Positions 49,232-60,941 of a stretch of 64,000 nucleotides of DNA are shown here, one piece after another. The stretch is taken from contig CAWJET010000001.1 in the NCBI GenBank assembly GCA_963842085.1, positions 1,120,001-1,184,000 of the forward strand. Reading direction: 5' to 3'. A program made the translations under genes and the position numbers. This DNA comes from an uncultured delta proteobacterium (GTDB taxonomy: Bacteria > Desulfobacterota > Binatia > Binatales > Binataceae). The notes under the pieces are model-generated. The model made no database searches, was not told the DNA's origin, and saw only the letters and a program-made list of their open reading frames with translations. Each line of letters opens with the position of its first letter. Within the stretch, counting starts at the first letter, position 1.

Positions 49232-50508
49232 TGGCCGAGCCGGGCGTCAGATTATCGAACCCGGTTCGCGACGTCTGCGATTACGACCTGCTGTTCGACT
49301 GCGTCCATTGCGGGCTCTGCGCGGAGGCTTGTCCAACTTACATTGTAACGCGATGCGAGATGGATTCGCCGCGCGGCCGCATCTATCTGATGAAGTCGCT
49401 CGCCGAAGGACGCATCGACCTCGACGACGACGCCGCGCGCCACCTTGATTTGTGCCTCGGATGCCGCGGCTGTGAAACCGCCTGCCCGTCCGGCGTTCAT
49501 TACGGCCGCTTGATCGAAGGCGCGCGTTCATTCGTCGAGCGCAATCATCGTCGCGGTCCGCTTGATCGACTTAAGCGTCGCGCCGTCAGCGCGATTTTCC
49601 CATACCCTGAGCGTCTGCGGCGGCTGCTCGCGCCACTGATGCTCGTCGAGCGCCTGGGCCTGAGACCCGCTCTTGGAGCCATTATGCCGCGCGCAATTCG
49701 CAACTGGCTCGACCTCCTGCCACCGCTCGGAGCCGATATGCGCCGCCTCGCCGACGGAGCACTCATCGCGCCGACGACGAACGCGCCAACGGTTGTTGTG
49801 CATCACGGATGTGTCTCGCAGGTCCTCGCGAATTCGGAAAACTTGAACAGTGAGCGGCTGCTCGCGGCCGCTGGTTATCGCGTCGTTCAACTAGCACCGA
49901 CTTCATGCTGCGGAGCACTCGATCTGCATTCGGGTGACGCCGCGCGAGCCCGCGATTTTGCCCGCGCCAACGTTCGCGCGCTGACGAACTCCGGCGCCGA
50001 CGCAATCGTATCGGCCGCGTCGGGATGCTCGGTCGCGATCGCCGAATACGGCGACCTGCTCAGAGACGAGCCGGAATTCGCCGAAGACGCGCGCGCGCTT
50101 TCCTCGAAGGTTCGTGACCTGAGTTCCTTGCTGCTCGACGCGCCTGCAAGTCCGAAGCGCGAATTTCCTTGCCGCGTCACCTTTCATGACGCTTGTCACC
50201 TCGCGCACGGACTCGGCGTGCGCGCAGCACCGCGCAAATTGCTCGCCTCGATTCCGGGCGTGACGCTCGTCGAGATGACGGAGTCCGATCTCTGTTGCGG
50301 TTCGGCCGGATCATACAATCTGACCGAGCCCGCGATGGCGCGCGCCCTGGCTCGGCGCAAAGCCGACAACGTCGTTGCGACCGGCGCCGACTACGTCGTG
50401 CTGGCGAATCCCGGATGCGAGTTTCAGATCGCCGCCGAACTTCGCCGCCGCCGCTCAAAAATCAAGGTCGTCCACCTGGCCGACTTCCTCGCGATGACGT
50501 CTCGGTGA
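49231..50508 (+). CDS. glcF: Glycolate oxidase Fe-S subunit
   Basis: CVHCGLC...CPTY, SPRGRI, CLGCRGCETACPSGV, two CCG domains, HDACHL.HG. Confidence 0.9.
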   Translation: MAEPGVRLSNPVRDVCDYDLLFDCVHCGLCAEACPTYIVTRCEMDSPRGRIYLMKSLAEGRIDLDDDAARHLDLCLGCRGCETACPSGVHYGRLIEGARSFVERNHRRGPLDRLKRRAVSAIFPYPERLRRLLAPLMLVERLGLRPALGAIMPRAIRNWLDLLPPLGADMRRLADGALIAPTTNAPTVVVHHGCVSQVLANSENLNSERLLAAAGYRVVQLAPTSCCGALDLHSGDAARARDFARANVRALTNSGADAIVSAASGCSVAIAEYGDLLRDEPEFAEDARALSSKVRDLSSLLLDAPASPKREFPCRVTFHDACHLAHGLGVRAAPRKLLASIPGVTLVEMTESDLCCGSAGSYNLTEPAMARALARRKADNVVATGADYVVLANPGCEFQIAAELRRRRSKIKVVHLADFLAMTSR

Positions 50509-51104
50509 ACCTTCACGAAATCAAACTCTACTTCGCATACACGAGTCCGTACTCCTACCTTGCGATGCAGCCGGCCTACGACCTCGAGCGGACTCACCGC
50601 GTGCGCGTGCGCTTCATTCCGTACGGGGTGAACATCCGAAAAGTTTACGGCCTGCTCGATCGCGCGGACGCCGACCGCCGCAAGGTCAGGTATCTGTATA
50701 TCGACGCGCGCCGAATCGCGAAGGAGCGCGGGCTCATCATCTACCCGCCAAAAAAGATTTTCAGCGCGCGCCTGGCGTTCTATGGCGGTCTCTACGCCGC
50801 GAGCAATCGGCAGTTCCGGCCGTACTCGAATCGCGTGTTCGATCGATTCTGGAAACAGGAACTCGACGTGGAGAGCCGCGACGCGATTTCAGCGATCGTC
50901 GCTGAAGTCGGGCTCGATCCCGCGGAATTTCTCCGCTATGCCGACACCGACGCGCGCGCCGACCTGGATGCATGCTTCGTAGAGGCCGATCGCGACGAAG
51001 TCTTCGGCGTGCCGACCTTCATCGTGGACGGCGAGCCGTTCTGGGGCGAGGACCGAGTCGAGTGGGTGATCCGCAAGCTCGACGCGATGGGCCTTCGCCG
51101 CTGA
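50505..51104 (+). CDS. DsbA-like / 2-hydroxychromene-2-carboxylate isomerase (kappa-GST) family
   Basis: SPYSYL, K..Y...D..R.A, VFGVPTF.VDGEPFWG.DR. Confidence 0.85.
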   Translation: MNLHEIKLYFAYTSPYSYLAMQPAYDLERTHRVRVRFIPYGVNIRKVYGLLDRADADRRKVRYLYIDARRIAKERGLIIYPPKKIFSARLAFYGGLYAASNRQFRPYSNRVFDRFWKQELDVESRDAISAIVAEVGLDPAEFLRYADTDARADLDACFVEADRDEVFGVPTFIVDGEPFWGEDRVEWVIRKLDAMGLRR

Positions 51105-51118
51105 CCTTCCCGCTCTCC

Positions 51119-51724
51119 TCAGCTTTGAGTGATCGGAATGTGCCGCGGCTGCGATTTCACGCGCTCGAGCCACGCGCGAATCGCCGGGAAGTTCGTTAGG
51201 TCGAATCCGCCTTCATCGGCGACATGGGTGTAGGCATAGAGCGCGATATCGGCGACCGAGTAACGCTCGCCGGCAAACCATTCGCGCGACTTCAAATGCG
51301 CTTCCATCACGCCCAGCGCGTCGTATCCGCGCTGGCGCATCATATCGAGAATCGAGCGGCGAAGATCCTGCACGTCGGGGTGCATCACCAGGTACCGAAC
51401 GCTCGCGAGGTACGGTTCGTGGCTGTACTGCTCGAAAAAGAGCCACTGTAGAAGCTGCGCGCGTTGGAAGCGATCGGATGGAACGAACGGCGTGCCCTGC
51501 GCAAAGTACAAGATGATCGCGTTGGACTCGAACAGCAGCTTGCCGTCGTCGAATTCGACGGCGGGAATTCTGCCATTCGGAAATTTGCGGAGAAATTCCG
51601 GCGTGCGCGTCTCGCCCTTGATGATGTCGAGTTCGACCCGCTCGAACGGAACTCCAAGCTGCGTCAGCAGCAGGCGCACCTTGTAGCCGTTGCCCGATGG
51701 CAGATAGTCGTACAGGCGAATCAT
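51119..51724 (-). CDS. Glutathione S-transferase family protein
   Basis: SGNGYKVRL.L, PNGRIP, ESNAI..Y, WLFFEQYSHEP, S.ADIALYAYTHVA. Confidence 0.92.
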   Translation of the reverse strand: MIRLYDYLPSGNGYKVRLLLTQLGVPFERVELDIIKGETRTPEFLRKFPNGRIPAVEFDDGKLLFESNAIILYFAQGTPFVPSDRFQRAQLLQWLFFEQYSHEPYLASVRYLVMHPDVQDLRRSILDMMRQRGYDALGVMEAHLKSREWFAGERYSVADIALYAYTHVADEGGFDLTNFPAIRAWLERVKSQPRHIPITQS

Positions 51725-51753
51725 CGTCGCCTCCTCGCGCAGGAACCCAGCGA

Positions 51754-53199
51754 TCAAAGTTCAGGGCTCGAGGGCAGGAAAGTCTCGCCCATCAGGTACG
51801 CGTCGACCGCGCGCGCGGCTTCGCGCCCCTCCCAGATCGCCCATACCACCAGCGATTGCCCGCGACGTGCGTCGCCCGCGGCGAAAACTCCCGGCACGCT
51901 CGACATGTAGTTCTCGCACTGCACGTTGCTGCGCGGGTCGAGCTTTAGGCCGAGCTCGGAGATTATGCCGTCGGGCTCGGGACCGAGAAATCCGAGCGCG
52001 AGCAGCACAAGGTCGCACTCGAGCTCGAAGTCGGTGCCCGGAATTTGCTCCATCACCATGCGCCCGTTGTCACGCTTCCAGTTGAGCCGCACGCCGTGGA
52101 GCTTTTTCACCACCCCGTTTTCGCCGGAGAACCGGCTGGTGTTCACGCTCCAGTCGCGTTGCACGCCCTCTTCGTGCGAACTCGAGGTGCGCATGATCAT
52201 CGGCCAATCGGGCCACGGCATTTCGGCGGTGCGTTTTTCAGGCGGCATCGGCAGCAGCTCGAACTGATGCACGACGATCGCGCCCTGGCGGTTCGAAGTG
52301 CCGAGACAGTCGGAACCCGTATCGCCGCCGCCGAGAATTACCACGCGCTTTCCGTTCGCGGTGATCTCGGCTGAAGGATCGAGCGCGTCGCCGAAGTTGC
52401 GCTTGTTTTGTTGCGGCAGGAATTCCATGGCGAAATGGATTCCCTTGAGCTCGCGTCCCGGGATCGGCAGGTCGCGCGGCTTGGTCGCGCCCATCGTGAG
52501 CACGATTGCGTCATACTTCGAGCGCATCTCGTCGGCATGGATATCGAAGCCCACGCGGCAGTTGGTGACAATCTCGAGGCCCTCGGCCTTCATCTGCTCG
52601 ACGCGGCGGTTGACGATCCATTTTTCCAGCTTGAAGTCCGGAATGCCGTAGGTGAGCAATCCGCCGACCCGATCCGACCGCTCGTAGAGCGTCACAGAAT
52701 GACCGGCCCGCGTGAGTTGCTGCGCGCACGCCAGCCCCGACGGTCCCGAGCCTACGACCGCGACGCGCTTACCCGATTTGCGGGCCGGCGGCAGTGGCGC
52801 GATCCACTTTTCACCCCACGCGTGATCGATAATATTCTTCTCGATCAGTTTGATCGTGACGGGATCGTTGTTGATGTTCAGGACGCAGGCCTCTTCGCAC
52901 GGCGCCGGGCAAATCCGGCCGGTAAACTCCGGAAAGTTGTTGGTCGCGTGCAGCCGATCGATCGCCTCGCGCCATCTGCCGCGGTAGATGAGATCGTTCC
53001 AGTCGGGGATGATATTACCGAGCGGGCAACCCTTGTGGCAGAAGGGAATCCCGCAATCCATGCAGCGGGCGCCCTGCGCGCGCAGCTTGTCTTCGGGCAT
53101 CTTGAGATCGAATTCGCGCCAATCCTTCAGGCGTTCGCCGACCGGACGCCGCGAAGGAGTCTCGCGCTTGATCTCCATGAAGCCCGTGATCTTTCCCAT
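51754..53199 (-). CDS. gltD: Glutamate synthase small subunit
   Basis: [57 protein letters not shown]. Confidence 0.97.
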   Translation of the reverse strand: MGKITGFMEIKRETPSRRPVGERLKDWREFDLKMPEDKLRAQGARCMDCGIPFCHKGCPLGNIIPDWNDLIYRGRWREAIDRLHATNNFPEFTGRICPAPCEEACVLNINNDPVTIKLIEKNIIDHAWGEKWIAPLPPARKSGKRVAVVGSGPSGLACAQQLTRAGHSVTLYERSDRVGGLLTYGIPDFKLEKWIVNRRVEQMKAEGLEIVTNCRVGFDIHADEMRSKYDAIVLTMGATKPRDLPIPGRELKGIHFAMEFLPQQNKRNFGDALDPSAEITANGKRVVILGGGDTGSDCLGTSNRQGAIVVHQFELLPMPPEKRTAEMPWPDWPMIMRTSSSHEEGVQRDWSVNTSRFSGENGVVKKLHGVRLNWKRDNGRMVMEQIPGTDFELECDLVLLALGFLGPEPDGIISELGLKLDPRSNVQCENYMSSVPGVFAAGDARRGQSLVVWAIWEGREAARAVDAYLMGETFLPSSPEL

Positions 53200-53259
53200 T
53201 ACAGACGCGATCTCTCCCAGTCAGGTCAATTCTGATTAGTCAGTCGATTACTCACTCGG

Positions 53260-56200
53260 CTAAACTGCGGCCAGCCGCGCGAGATCGGAATCCATGTTGA
53301 GATGCTGCCGTTCGAGCACCATTCGATACTCAGTGGGCAATACTTTTACGAACTTCTTAGTATCGTCGTCCCACTTGTCGAGGATTCGCCGCGCGACCGT
53401 GCTCTGCGTGTACTGCTGGTGCCGCACGATCAGCGCGTGCAACTGCTTGAGTTCGTCCTGGTTGCCGATTGGCCCCAACTCGACCATTCCGGTGTTGCAG
53501 CGCGAGGCGAACGAGCCGTCTTCGTCGAGCACATAAGCCACGCCGCCACTCATGCCGGCCGCGAAGTTGCGACCGGTCTTGCCCAGCACCACGACCAGTC
53601 CGCGCGTCATGTACTCGCATCCGTGGTCGCCGACGCCCTCGACAACGGTGTGCGCACCGCTGTTGCGGACCGCGAACCGTTCGCCGGCGACGCCGCGGAA
53701 GAACGCCTCGCCGCCGGTCGCGCCGTAGAGCGCGACGTTGCCGATGATGATGTTGTTCTCGGCCTTGAAGGTCGCTTCTTTTGGGGGACGCACCGAGACA
53801 AATCCGCCCGACAGTCCCTTGGCGCAGTAGTCGTTCGCGTCGCCTTCGAGATAGAGCGCGACTCCCGGCGCGAGCCACGCGCCGAAGCTCTGGCCGGCCG
53901 AACCTTTCAGATGAATCTGAACTGTGTAGGGCGGCAGTCCCTCCGCGCCAAAACGCCGCGACACCTCCGCCGACAGCATGGTGCCGACGGTGCGATTGAC
54001 GTTGCGGATCGGAAGATGAATTTCGACGGCCTCGCGATGTTCGAGCGCCTCCATGGCAAGCTCGATGATCCGGTTGTCGAGCGCGGCGTCGAGGCCGTGA
54101 TCCTGCAGCTCTACGCAATGCAACGGCTCGTCGGGGCCGACATCGGGACGGCGAAGAATATTGGCCAGGTCGACGTTGCGCGCCTTCCAATGCGCGATCG
54201 CTTCGTTGGCGTCCAGGCATTCGACGTGGCCGACCATTTCGGCGACGGTGCGGAAGCCCAACTGCGCCATGTATTCGCGCAGCTCGTCCGCGATGAACAT
54301 CATGAAGTTCACGACGTGCTCGGGCTTGCCGGTGAACTTTTCGCGGAGCACCGGATCCTGCGTCGCGATGCCGACCGGGCAGGTGTTCAGGTGGCAGACG
54401 CGCATCATGATGCATCCCGAGGCGACCAGCGCGGCGCTCGCGAAACCGAATTCCTCGGCGCCGAGCATCGCCGCGATGGCGACGTCGCGGCCGGTCTTGA
54501 GCTGGCCGTCGGTCTCGACGTGAATGCGTCCGCGCAGGCCGTTCATCACCAGGGTCTGCTGGGTCTCGGCCAGTCCCATCTCCCACGGAATTCCCGCGTG
54601 CTTGATCGACTGCAGCGGAGACGCGCCGGTGCCGCCGTCGTAACCGCTGATCAACACCACGTCGGCTTTGGCCTTTGCGACTCCGGCCGCGATGGTGCCG
54701 ACGCCGACCTCGGCCACCAGCTTGACGCTGATGCGCGCGCGGTTGTTGGAATTTTTGAGATCGTGGATCAGCTGCGCGAGATCTTCGATCGAATAGATGT
54801 CGTGATGCGGCGGCGGAGAGATCAATCCCACGCCGGGCGTTGAATAGCGAATCTTGGCGATGAAATCGTCGACCTTGTGGCCGGGAAGCTGGCCGCCCTC
54901 GCCCGGCTTGGCGCCCTGCGCCATTTTGATCTGGAGTTCGTCGGCGTTGACCAGGTAATGACTGGTGACGCCGAAGCGCGCCGACGCCACTTGCTTGATC
55001 GCGCTGCGGCGCCAATCGCCGTTGGCATCGCGGACGAAGCGCGCGGGATCCTCGCCGCCCTCGCCGGTGTTGCTCTTGCCGCCGATCCGGTTCATGGCGA
55101 TGGCGAGATTTTCGTGGGCCTCCTTGCTGATCGAGCCGAACGACATCGCGCCGGTTTTGAAACGCTTGACGATCTCGGCCGCCGGCTCGACTTCCTCGAG
55201 CGGCACCGGCCGCCGATTGGAATTGAACTTGAGCAGCGAGCGCAGCGTGGCGAGCGAGCGGCTCTGCTCGTCAACCGCCCGGGTGTATTCCTTGAACAGC
55301 CGGTAACTTCCCGAGCGCACGGAATGCTGCAGCCGCGCGATCGTGTTCGGGTTGTACATGTGGAACTCGCCGGCGCGGCGCCACTGGTACTGGCCGCCGA
55401 CGTCGAGATCGCCGTCGAGGTTCGCCGCCACCTTGAACGCGTAGGTGTGACGCGCGGCGGTCTCGCGCGCGATCGCGTCGAGGCCGATACCGGCCACGCG
55501 CGACGGCGTCCATGTGAAGTACTTGTCGATCACGTCCTTGGCCAATCCGATCGCCTCGAAGATCTGCGCGCCGCGGTAACTCTGCGTCGTCGAGATGCCC
55601 ATCTTGGACGCGACTTTCGTAATGCTCTTGCCGACGGCCTTGATGAAGTTGTGGACGGCGTTGTCTTCGTCGATGTCGCGGAGCTGGCCGCTGCGAATCA
55701 TCCCGGCCATCGTCGCGTACGCGAGGTACGGATTGACGGCGCCGGCGCCGTAGCCGACCAACAGGCAGAAATGCATCGCCTCGCGCGGTTCACCAGCCTC
55801 GACCACGATGCCGGCCCGGGTGCGCGTGCCTTCGCGAATCAGATGATGATGCACGGCCCCGGTCGCAAGCAGAGCCGGGATGGCGGCGTAGTCCGCGTTC
55901 ACTCCGCGATCTGAAAGCACGATTATGGTGTAGCCGGATTCGATCGCGCCGGAAGCACCGCGGCAGAGCGCGTCGAGCGCGGCGCGCAGCCCCGCTTCAC
56001 CGTCATCGACGCGATACAGCGTGGGAAGCGTGATGGTGCGCAGACCCTCAACGTCCAGCCGTTTGATCCTTTCGAGTTCTTCGTTGGTAAGAATTGGTTG
56101 CTTGAGTCGAAGCTGGCGGCAATGATGCGGCGATTCTTCGAACAGGTTGTCTTCGGCGCCGATCGTCGTTTCGGTCGAGGTCACCAGTTCCTCGCGAATC

Positions 56201-57819
56201 GGATCGATCGGCGGATTCGTCACCTGCGCGAACAACTGTTTGAAGTAGTTGTAAAGCGGCTGGGGTCTGTTCGAGAGGACGGCGAGCGGCGTGTCAGTGC
56301 CCATCGAGCCGACCGGCTCCTGCCCGTTGGTCGCCATCGGCGCGAGGAGCATCTTGAGATCCTCGATCGTATAGCCAAATGACTGCTGCTGCTTGAGCAA
56401 CTCGCCATCTTCGAAGCTGTCAACCTCGGGCGCGCCGTTCGCCTCGGGAAGCGACTCGAGCGTGACCAGGCTGCTGTCGAGCCAGGCGCGATACGGCTGT
56501 CGCGCCGCCATCGACTGCTTGATCTCTTCGTCCTGCACGATTCGACCGAGCGACGTATCGATGAGAAACATACGGCCGGGCTGCAGCCGCCCTTTGAGTG
56601 CGACATTCTCCGGCGCGATGTCGAGCACGCCGGTCTCGGACGCCATCACGACCAGCCCGTCCTTGGTCACGGTGTAGCGCGACGGACGAAGGCCGTTGCG
56701 ATCGAGCACCGCGCCGATCCTGATACCGTCGGTAAACGCGATTGACGCGGGGCCGTCCCACGGTTCCATCATGCACGAGTGAAAATGGTAGAAAGCGCGC
56801 TTGGCGTCGCTCATCTGCGCGTCGTTCTGCCACGCCTCCGGAATCATCATCATCACGGCATGCGGCAGTGAACGTCCGGTGCGCACCAACAGCTCGAGAC
56901 AGTTGTCGAAGGTTGCGGAGTCGCTGCCGTTGGGCTCGACTATGGGCAGCAGCTTCTTGATGTCGTCGCCGAACAGCGGCGAAGAAAAAAGCTTCTCGCG
57001 CGCGTGCATCCAGTTGATATTGCCGCGCAGCGTGTTGATCTCGCCGTTGTGCGACATGAAGCGGTACGGATGCGCGCGGTCCCAGCTTGGGAACGTGTTG
57101 GTCGAGAAGCGCTGATGGACCATCGCGAGCGCGGTCGTGACGGCGCCGTTGCGCAAGTCGGGGAAGAACTGGGGAATTTGCGTCGAGATCAACTGGCCCT
57201 TGTAAACTACGGTCAGGGCCGAGAGGCTGCAGAAATAAAATAATTCCGGATCGAAGAGCCCCAGCTTTTCCGCCTCGGACGTAGCCCGCTTGCGGATTAC
57301 GTACAGCTTGCGCTCGAGCGCTTCGCCGTCGGCCAGGCCGGGGCCGCGCGCGATGAAGACCTGGCGGATTGCGGGCATCCCGCGCCGCGCGATATCGCCG
57401 CAGGCGGATTCGACCACCGGCACGTCGCGCCATCCGAGCAGCTGTTGCCCTTCCTCGTTGACGATTCGCTCGAACGCGTCCTCGCATTCCTTGCGCTTGA
57501 TCGTGTCGAGCGGCAGGAAAACCTGGCCGACGCCGTATTCGCCGGGTGCGGGCAATTCAAAGCCGAGCCGGGCCGCTTCGTGCGAGAAAAAGTCGTGCGG
57601 GATCTGCAGCAGGATTCCGGCGCCGTCGCCGGTGCGCGGATCGCATCCGCACGCACCGCGATGGGTCAGGTTGTCGAGCACCTGCAGCGCCTTGACGACA
57701 ATGTCATGCGAGCGTTCGCCCTTGATGTTGACGACGAAGCCGACGCCGCACGCGTCGTGCTCGTAGGCGGGATCGTAGAGGCCCTGTGCTTCTGGAATGC
57801 TTCGGTGGTTATGCATCAT
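53260..57819 (-). CDS. gltB: Glutamate synthase large subunit
   Basis: [58 protein letters not shown]; ATG overlaps the Lrp stop. Confidence 0.98.
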   Translation of the reverse strand: MMHNHRSIPEAQGLYDPAYEHDACGVGFVVNIKGERSHDIVVKALQVLDNLTHRGACGCDPRTGDGAGILLQIPHDFFSHEAARLGFELPAPGEYGVGQVFLPLDTIKRKECEDAFERIVNEEGQQLLGWRDVPVVESACGDIARRGMPAIRQVFIARGPGLADGEALERKLYVIRKRATSEAEKLGLFDPELFYFCSLSALTVVYKGQLISTQIPQFFPDLRNGAVTTALAMVHQRFSTNTFPSWDRAHPYRFMSHNGEINTLRGNINWMHAREKLFSSPLFGDDIKKLLPIVEPNGSDSATFDNCLELLVRTGRSLPHAVMMMIPEAWQNDAQMSDAKRAFYHFHSCMMEPWDGPASIAFTDGIRIGAVLDRNGLRPSRYTVTKDGLVVMASETGVLDIAPENVALKGRLQPGRMFLIDTSLGRIVQDEEIKQSMAARQPYRAWLDSSLVTLESLPEANGAPEVDSFEDGELLKQQQSFGYTIEDLKMLLAPMATNGQEPVGSMGTDTPLAVLSNRPQPLYNYFKQLFAQVTNPPIDPIREELVTSTETTIGAEDNLFEESPHHCRQLRLKQPILTNEELERIKRLDVEGLRTITLPTLYRVDDGEAGLRAALDALCRGASGAIESGYTIIVLSDRGVNADYAAIPALLATGAVHHHLIREGTRTRAGIVVEAGEPREAMHFCLLVGYGAGAVNPYLAYATMAGMIRSGQLRDIDEDNAVHNFIKAVGKSITKVASKMGISTTQSYRGAQIFEAIGLAKDVIDKYFTWTPSRVAGIGLDAIARETAARHTYAFKVAANLDGDLDVGGQYQWRRAGEFHMYNPNTIARLQHSVRSGSYRLFKEYTRAVDEQSRSLATLRSLLKFNSNRRPVPLEEVEPAAEIVKRFKTGAMSFGSISKEAHENLAIAMNRIGGKSNTGEGGEDPARFVRDANGDWRRSAIKQVASARFGVTSHYLVNADELQIKMAQGAKPGEGGQLPGHKVDDFIAKIRYSTPGVGLISPPPHHDIYSIEDLAQLIHDLKNSNNRARISVKLVAEVGVGTIAAGVAKAKADVVLISGYDGGTGASPLQSIKHAGIPWEMGLAETQQTLVMNGLRGRIHVETDGQLKTGRDVAIAAMLGAEEFGFASAALVASGCIMMRVCHLNTCPVGIATQDPVLREKFTGKPEHVVNFMMFIADELREYMAQLGFRTVAEMVGHVECLDANEAIAHWKARNVDLANILRRPDVGPDEPLHCVELQDHGLDAALDNRIIELAMEALEHREAVEIHLPIRNVNRTVGTMLSAEVSRRFGAEGLPPYTVQIHLKGSAGQSFGAWLAPGVALYLEGDANDYCAKGLSGGFVSVRPPKEATFKAENNIIIGNVALYGATGGEAFFRGVAGERFAVRNSGAHTVVEGVGDHGCEYMTRGLVVVLGKTGRNFAAGMSGGVAYVLDEDGSFASRCNTGMVELGPIGNQDELKQLHALIVRHQQYTQSTVARRILDKWDDDTKKFVKVLPTEYRMVLERQHLNMDSDLARLAAV

Positions 57820-58379
57820 GACACCCGTCTCGGATCCGGCGGCGCGGATTTCGCGGAGCCGTGGCGATGGCGTCTGCCGTTGGCGGGCTCGTGCGAGTCG
57901 CCGTTGGCATGCACCGAAATCAAACCACGCTCGGTATGCGTCGACAGCACCACCATCGTCTCCGTCCGCGCCACTCCCTCGATCGAGCGGATCGCACTGA
58001 TGAGCCGCTCGAGCGACGAAGTGTTTTCGGTTTTGACTTTCAGCAAGAGCGTGTGCTGACCGGTGACGTGATGACATTCGAGCACGTCGTCGAGCAGCGC
58101 GACGGATTCCTCGAACAGCGAAATTGTTTTCGGGTGCGAAACCGACACACCGATAAACGCGGTGACGTCCTTGCCCAGGCGCGTCGCGTCGACGGCGGCG
58201 TGGTAGCCGGTGATGACTCCGCTGTCTTCGAGCTTTTTTACGCGCTCATTGACGGAAGGCGCCGAAAGCCCGACTTGTTCGCCGAGTTTGACGAGCGGAA
58301 TCCTGCCGTGTTCCTGCAGGATACCGATAATCTGCAGGTCGATGGCATCGAGTTCGGGGGAATCTCCGCCGAATTTCAT
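57816..58379 (-). CDS. Lrp/AsnC family transcriptional regulator
   Basis: LD.ID..I...LQ..GR, L...VGLS.P.V..RV..LE..GVI.GY, EC..VTG. Confidence 0.94.
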   Translation of the reverse strand: MKFGGDSPELDAIDLQIIGILQEHGRIPLVKLGEQVGLSAPSVNERVKKLEDSGVITGYHAAVDATRLGKDVTAFIGVSVSHPKTISLFEESVALLDDVLECHHVTGQHTLLLKVKTENTSSLERLISAIRSIEGVARTETMVVLSTHTERGLISVHANGDSHEPANGRRHRHGSAKSAPPDPRRVS

Positions 58380-58405
58380 AAGGTTATCCTCGTCGAGTGG
58401 CGATG

Positions 58406-58434
58406 AACATAGAAGGAAACCAAAATTGTGTCAA
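58406..58434 (-). promoter_or_regulatory. Sigma70 promoter for lrp-gltBD
   Basis: Minus strand TTGACA-17nt-TATGTT in an AT-rich tract. Confidence 0.7.
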
Positions 58435-58610
58435 GTGTTTATAAGGCTTTGAAAGAATAAAACATAGGTTTGTTCAGGTCAATGCGACGCGCGCCGACGA
58501 AATGTAGGCGGGAGACGGCGATTGCCGATCACCTATATTGAGATTGGCGGATGCAGGCGCGATCGCTCAGGCCTCCCGCCGTTTGCGCCGAAGCCGATTT
58601 TTCGCGTGCG

Positions 58611-59417
58611 CTACTCGCCCTTGAAGTTCGCCGCGCGTTTTTCGACGAAAGATTTCGCGCCCTCGAGATGATCCTGCGACGTGAGCATAAGGTGCTGCCC
58701 GTGGCGCTGGTAATCGAAAAAGTACGGCAGATTTAGATTCAACCCGACGCGCAAAGTCTCCTTCGCCAGGCGCTGCGCGAGCGGTGCCTGCGCCGCGATT
58801 TTTCTCGCGAACGCGGCGGTCGCTTCGCCGAGTTGCGCGTGCGGGACGACCTTGTTCACCATCCCGATTCGCTCGGCCTCGGCGGCGTCGATAATGTCGC
58901 CGCTCAGGATGAGTTCGTAGGCGCGCGCGAGTCCGACCAGGCGGGGCAGCACGAGCAATCCGCCCGCCTCGGGAATCAAGCCGCGCCGGATGAACACCTC
59001 GCCGAAGCGCGCCTGGTCGGAGCACACGCGCATGTCGCACATCAACGCGATGTCGCATCCATAGCCGACGGCCGCGCCGTTGACGGACGCGATAGTCGGC
59101 TTGGGATAGCTGACGAGCAAATCGAGCGCCACGGGACGATGCTCGCGCCATTCCTCGACCAGAGTGCGTTGGGCAGGTTTGGCGTCGCGGAACTCGGGAT
59201 TGAGAAAAATTTCCTTGACGTCGTCACCCGCGCAAAACGCGCGCCCGGCGCCGGTCAGCACGACGACACGCACCCTGTCGTCCGCCTCGGCGTCGCGCAA
59301 CGCGTCGAGCATCTCGTCGTAAGTTTTGATCGTGCAGGCGTTCATCACCTGCGGGCGATTGATCGTGATCGTCGCGACGGCGTCGCGCTTGTCGTAGAGA
59401 ATGTCGCTGTATGGCAT
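58611..59417 (-). CDS. Enoyl-CoA hydratase/isomerase family protein
   Basis: ITINRP..MNA, TGAGRAFCAGDD, KP.IA.VNG.AVGYG, GL.PE.GG, A.EA..IG.VN. Confidence 0.92.
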   Translation of the reverse strand: MPYSDILYDKRDAVATITINRPQVMNACTIKTYDEMLDALRDAEADDRVRVVVLTGAGRAFCAGDDVKEIFLNPEFRDAKPAQRTLVEEWREHRPVALDLLVSYPKPTIASVNGAAVGYGCDIALMCDMRVCSDQARFGEVFIRRGLIPEAGGLLVLPRLVGLARAYELILSGDIIDAAEAERIGMVNKVVPHAQLGEATAAFARKIAAQAPLAQRLAKETLRVGLNLNLPYFFDYQRHGQHLMLTSQDHLEGAKSFVEKRAANFKGE

Positions 59418-59501
59418 GGCGATAGCTCCTCAAGCGATTGCAGATATGTGAGCTATTTCAAATCGCGGAAATTTTGGCAATGCGGCGCGGCCAGCCACCA
59501 A

Positions 59502-60941
59502 CTACGAATGCGGATAGGCGTCGCTTCCCATCTCGAGCGCATCGAGCCCCGACCATTCCACTTCCACCAGCACGCGGTTGCCGACCGTGCGCTCGACGAT
59601 CTTGAAGAACACGATCGCAAGCCCGAATACCACGATGAGATTGACGGTAACGCCGATCAACTGGGCGAAAAATTGGCCCGCGTCGCCGTAAAGCAGGCCG
59701 CGCACAGGTCCCGCGACACCGTTCCATCCGTCGCCGTAGGTGCCGTCGGCAAACAGACCGAGCGCCAGCGCGCCCCACAATCCGCACGCGCCGTGCACGG
59801 CGACCGCGCCGACGGGATCGTCGATTCGAAAGCGGCGCTCCAGCTCAAGCACGGCCCAGACGACCAGCAGTCCCGCGACGGTGCCGATGAGAACGGCCGC
59901 CGCCGGCGTTACGAATGCGCATGGCGCGGTGATCGCGACGAGTCCGCCCAGCAGGCCATTGCAGGCTATCGCGATGTCGGGTTTGTTGTAGCGATGCCAT
60001 AGAAAGAGCAGTGCCGCGAGCGCGCCGGCCGCCGAGGAGAGCATCGTGTTCACCCCGATAATCGCGATGCGGGAATCTGTGGCGGCGAGCGATGAGCCGC
60101 AATTGAAGCCGAACCATCCGAACGCGAGAATCAACGTTCCGCTCACGGCCATCGGCAGGTTATGTCCGGGTAACGCGCCGATAGCGCCGTCGCGCCGGAA
60201 CTTTCCGATGCGCGGACCCAACATGTAAGCGCCGGCGAGCCCGGCTATTCCGCCCGTCATGTGCACCACCGACGAACCCGCGAAATCCAGATGGCCGTGG
60301 CCGAGGCCCAGGTTCACGCCGAGCTGCGAGAGCCATCCTCCGCCCCATACCCAGTTGCCATACAACGGATACAGGAACATCGAGATGAACAATCCATAGA
60401 TGAAGAACGCCTTGAACTTCCATCGTTCCGCCATCGCGCCGGTCGGAATGGTCGCGGCGGTGTCCATGAAGACGACCGAGAACAAAAACATGCCGAGGCT
60501 GGCGGGATCGCGGCTGACGTTGAGCAGTGCGAACTTGCTGAACCCGAGGATGCCGTAGGAATGCGCGCCGATCGTGATCGACAGCTCGCGATGGCCGATT
60601 GCGGCCATGCCGAGCGAGGGCCAGTGCGCGACCCCGCCCATCATGAACGCATAGCCGGTGAGCCAGAACCCGATGATGCCGATCGGGTAGATGATCAAGT
60701 TCATCGCCATCGTGTTGACCGCGTTCTTGGAGCGGGTGAACCCCGTCTCCACCATCGCGAATCCGAGCTGCATGAACATCACGAGGAACCCGGCCACCAG
60801 CAGCCACGCGAGGTTCAGCGAATTGTCCAGCGGCGGCGACGACGCCAAGGTCTGCGCGCGCGCCACTGACGAGAACGAAAGTAACGCCAGCGCAGCAACA
60901 ATGGCGGCGGTCAATCCGAGTTGCGATCGTCTCGGCATCAT
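59502..60941 (-). CDS. amt: Ammonium transporter (Amt family)
   Basis: FMQ.GF..VE.G, GA.AER, W.WGGG, DFAGS.VVH, WFGFN, NG.L.GLV.ITA, DDP.....VHG (twin His), E..GLD; signal peptide. Confidence 0.96.
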   Translation of the reverse strand: MMPRRSQLGLTAAIVAALALLSFSSVARAQTLASSPPLDNSLNLAWLLVAGFLVMFMQLGFAMVETGFTRSKNAVNTMAMNLIIYPIGIIGFWLTGYAFMMGGVAHWPSLGMAAIGHRELSITIGAHSYGILGFSKFALLNVSRDPASLGMFLFSVVFMDTAATIPTGAMAERWKFKAFFIYGLFISMFLYPLYGNWVWGGGWLSQLGVNLGLGHGHLDFAGSSVVHMTGGIAGLAGAYMLGPRIGKFRRDGAIGALPGHNLPMAVSGTLILAFGWFGFNCGSSLAATDSRIAIIGVNTMLSSAAGALAALLFLWHRYNKPDIAIACNGLLGGLVAITAPCAFVTPAAAVLIGTVAGLLVVWAVLELERRFRIDDPVGAVAVHGACGLWGALALGLFADGTYGDGWNGVAGPVRGLLYGDAGQFFAQLIGVTVNLIVVFGLAIVFFKIVERTVGNRVLVEVEWSGLDALEMGSDAYPHS

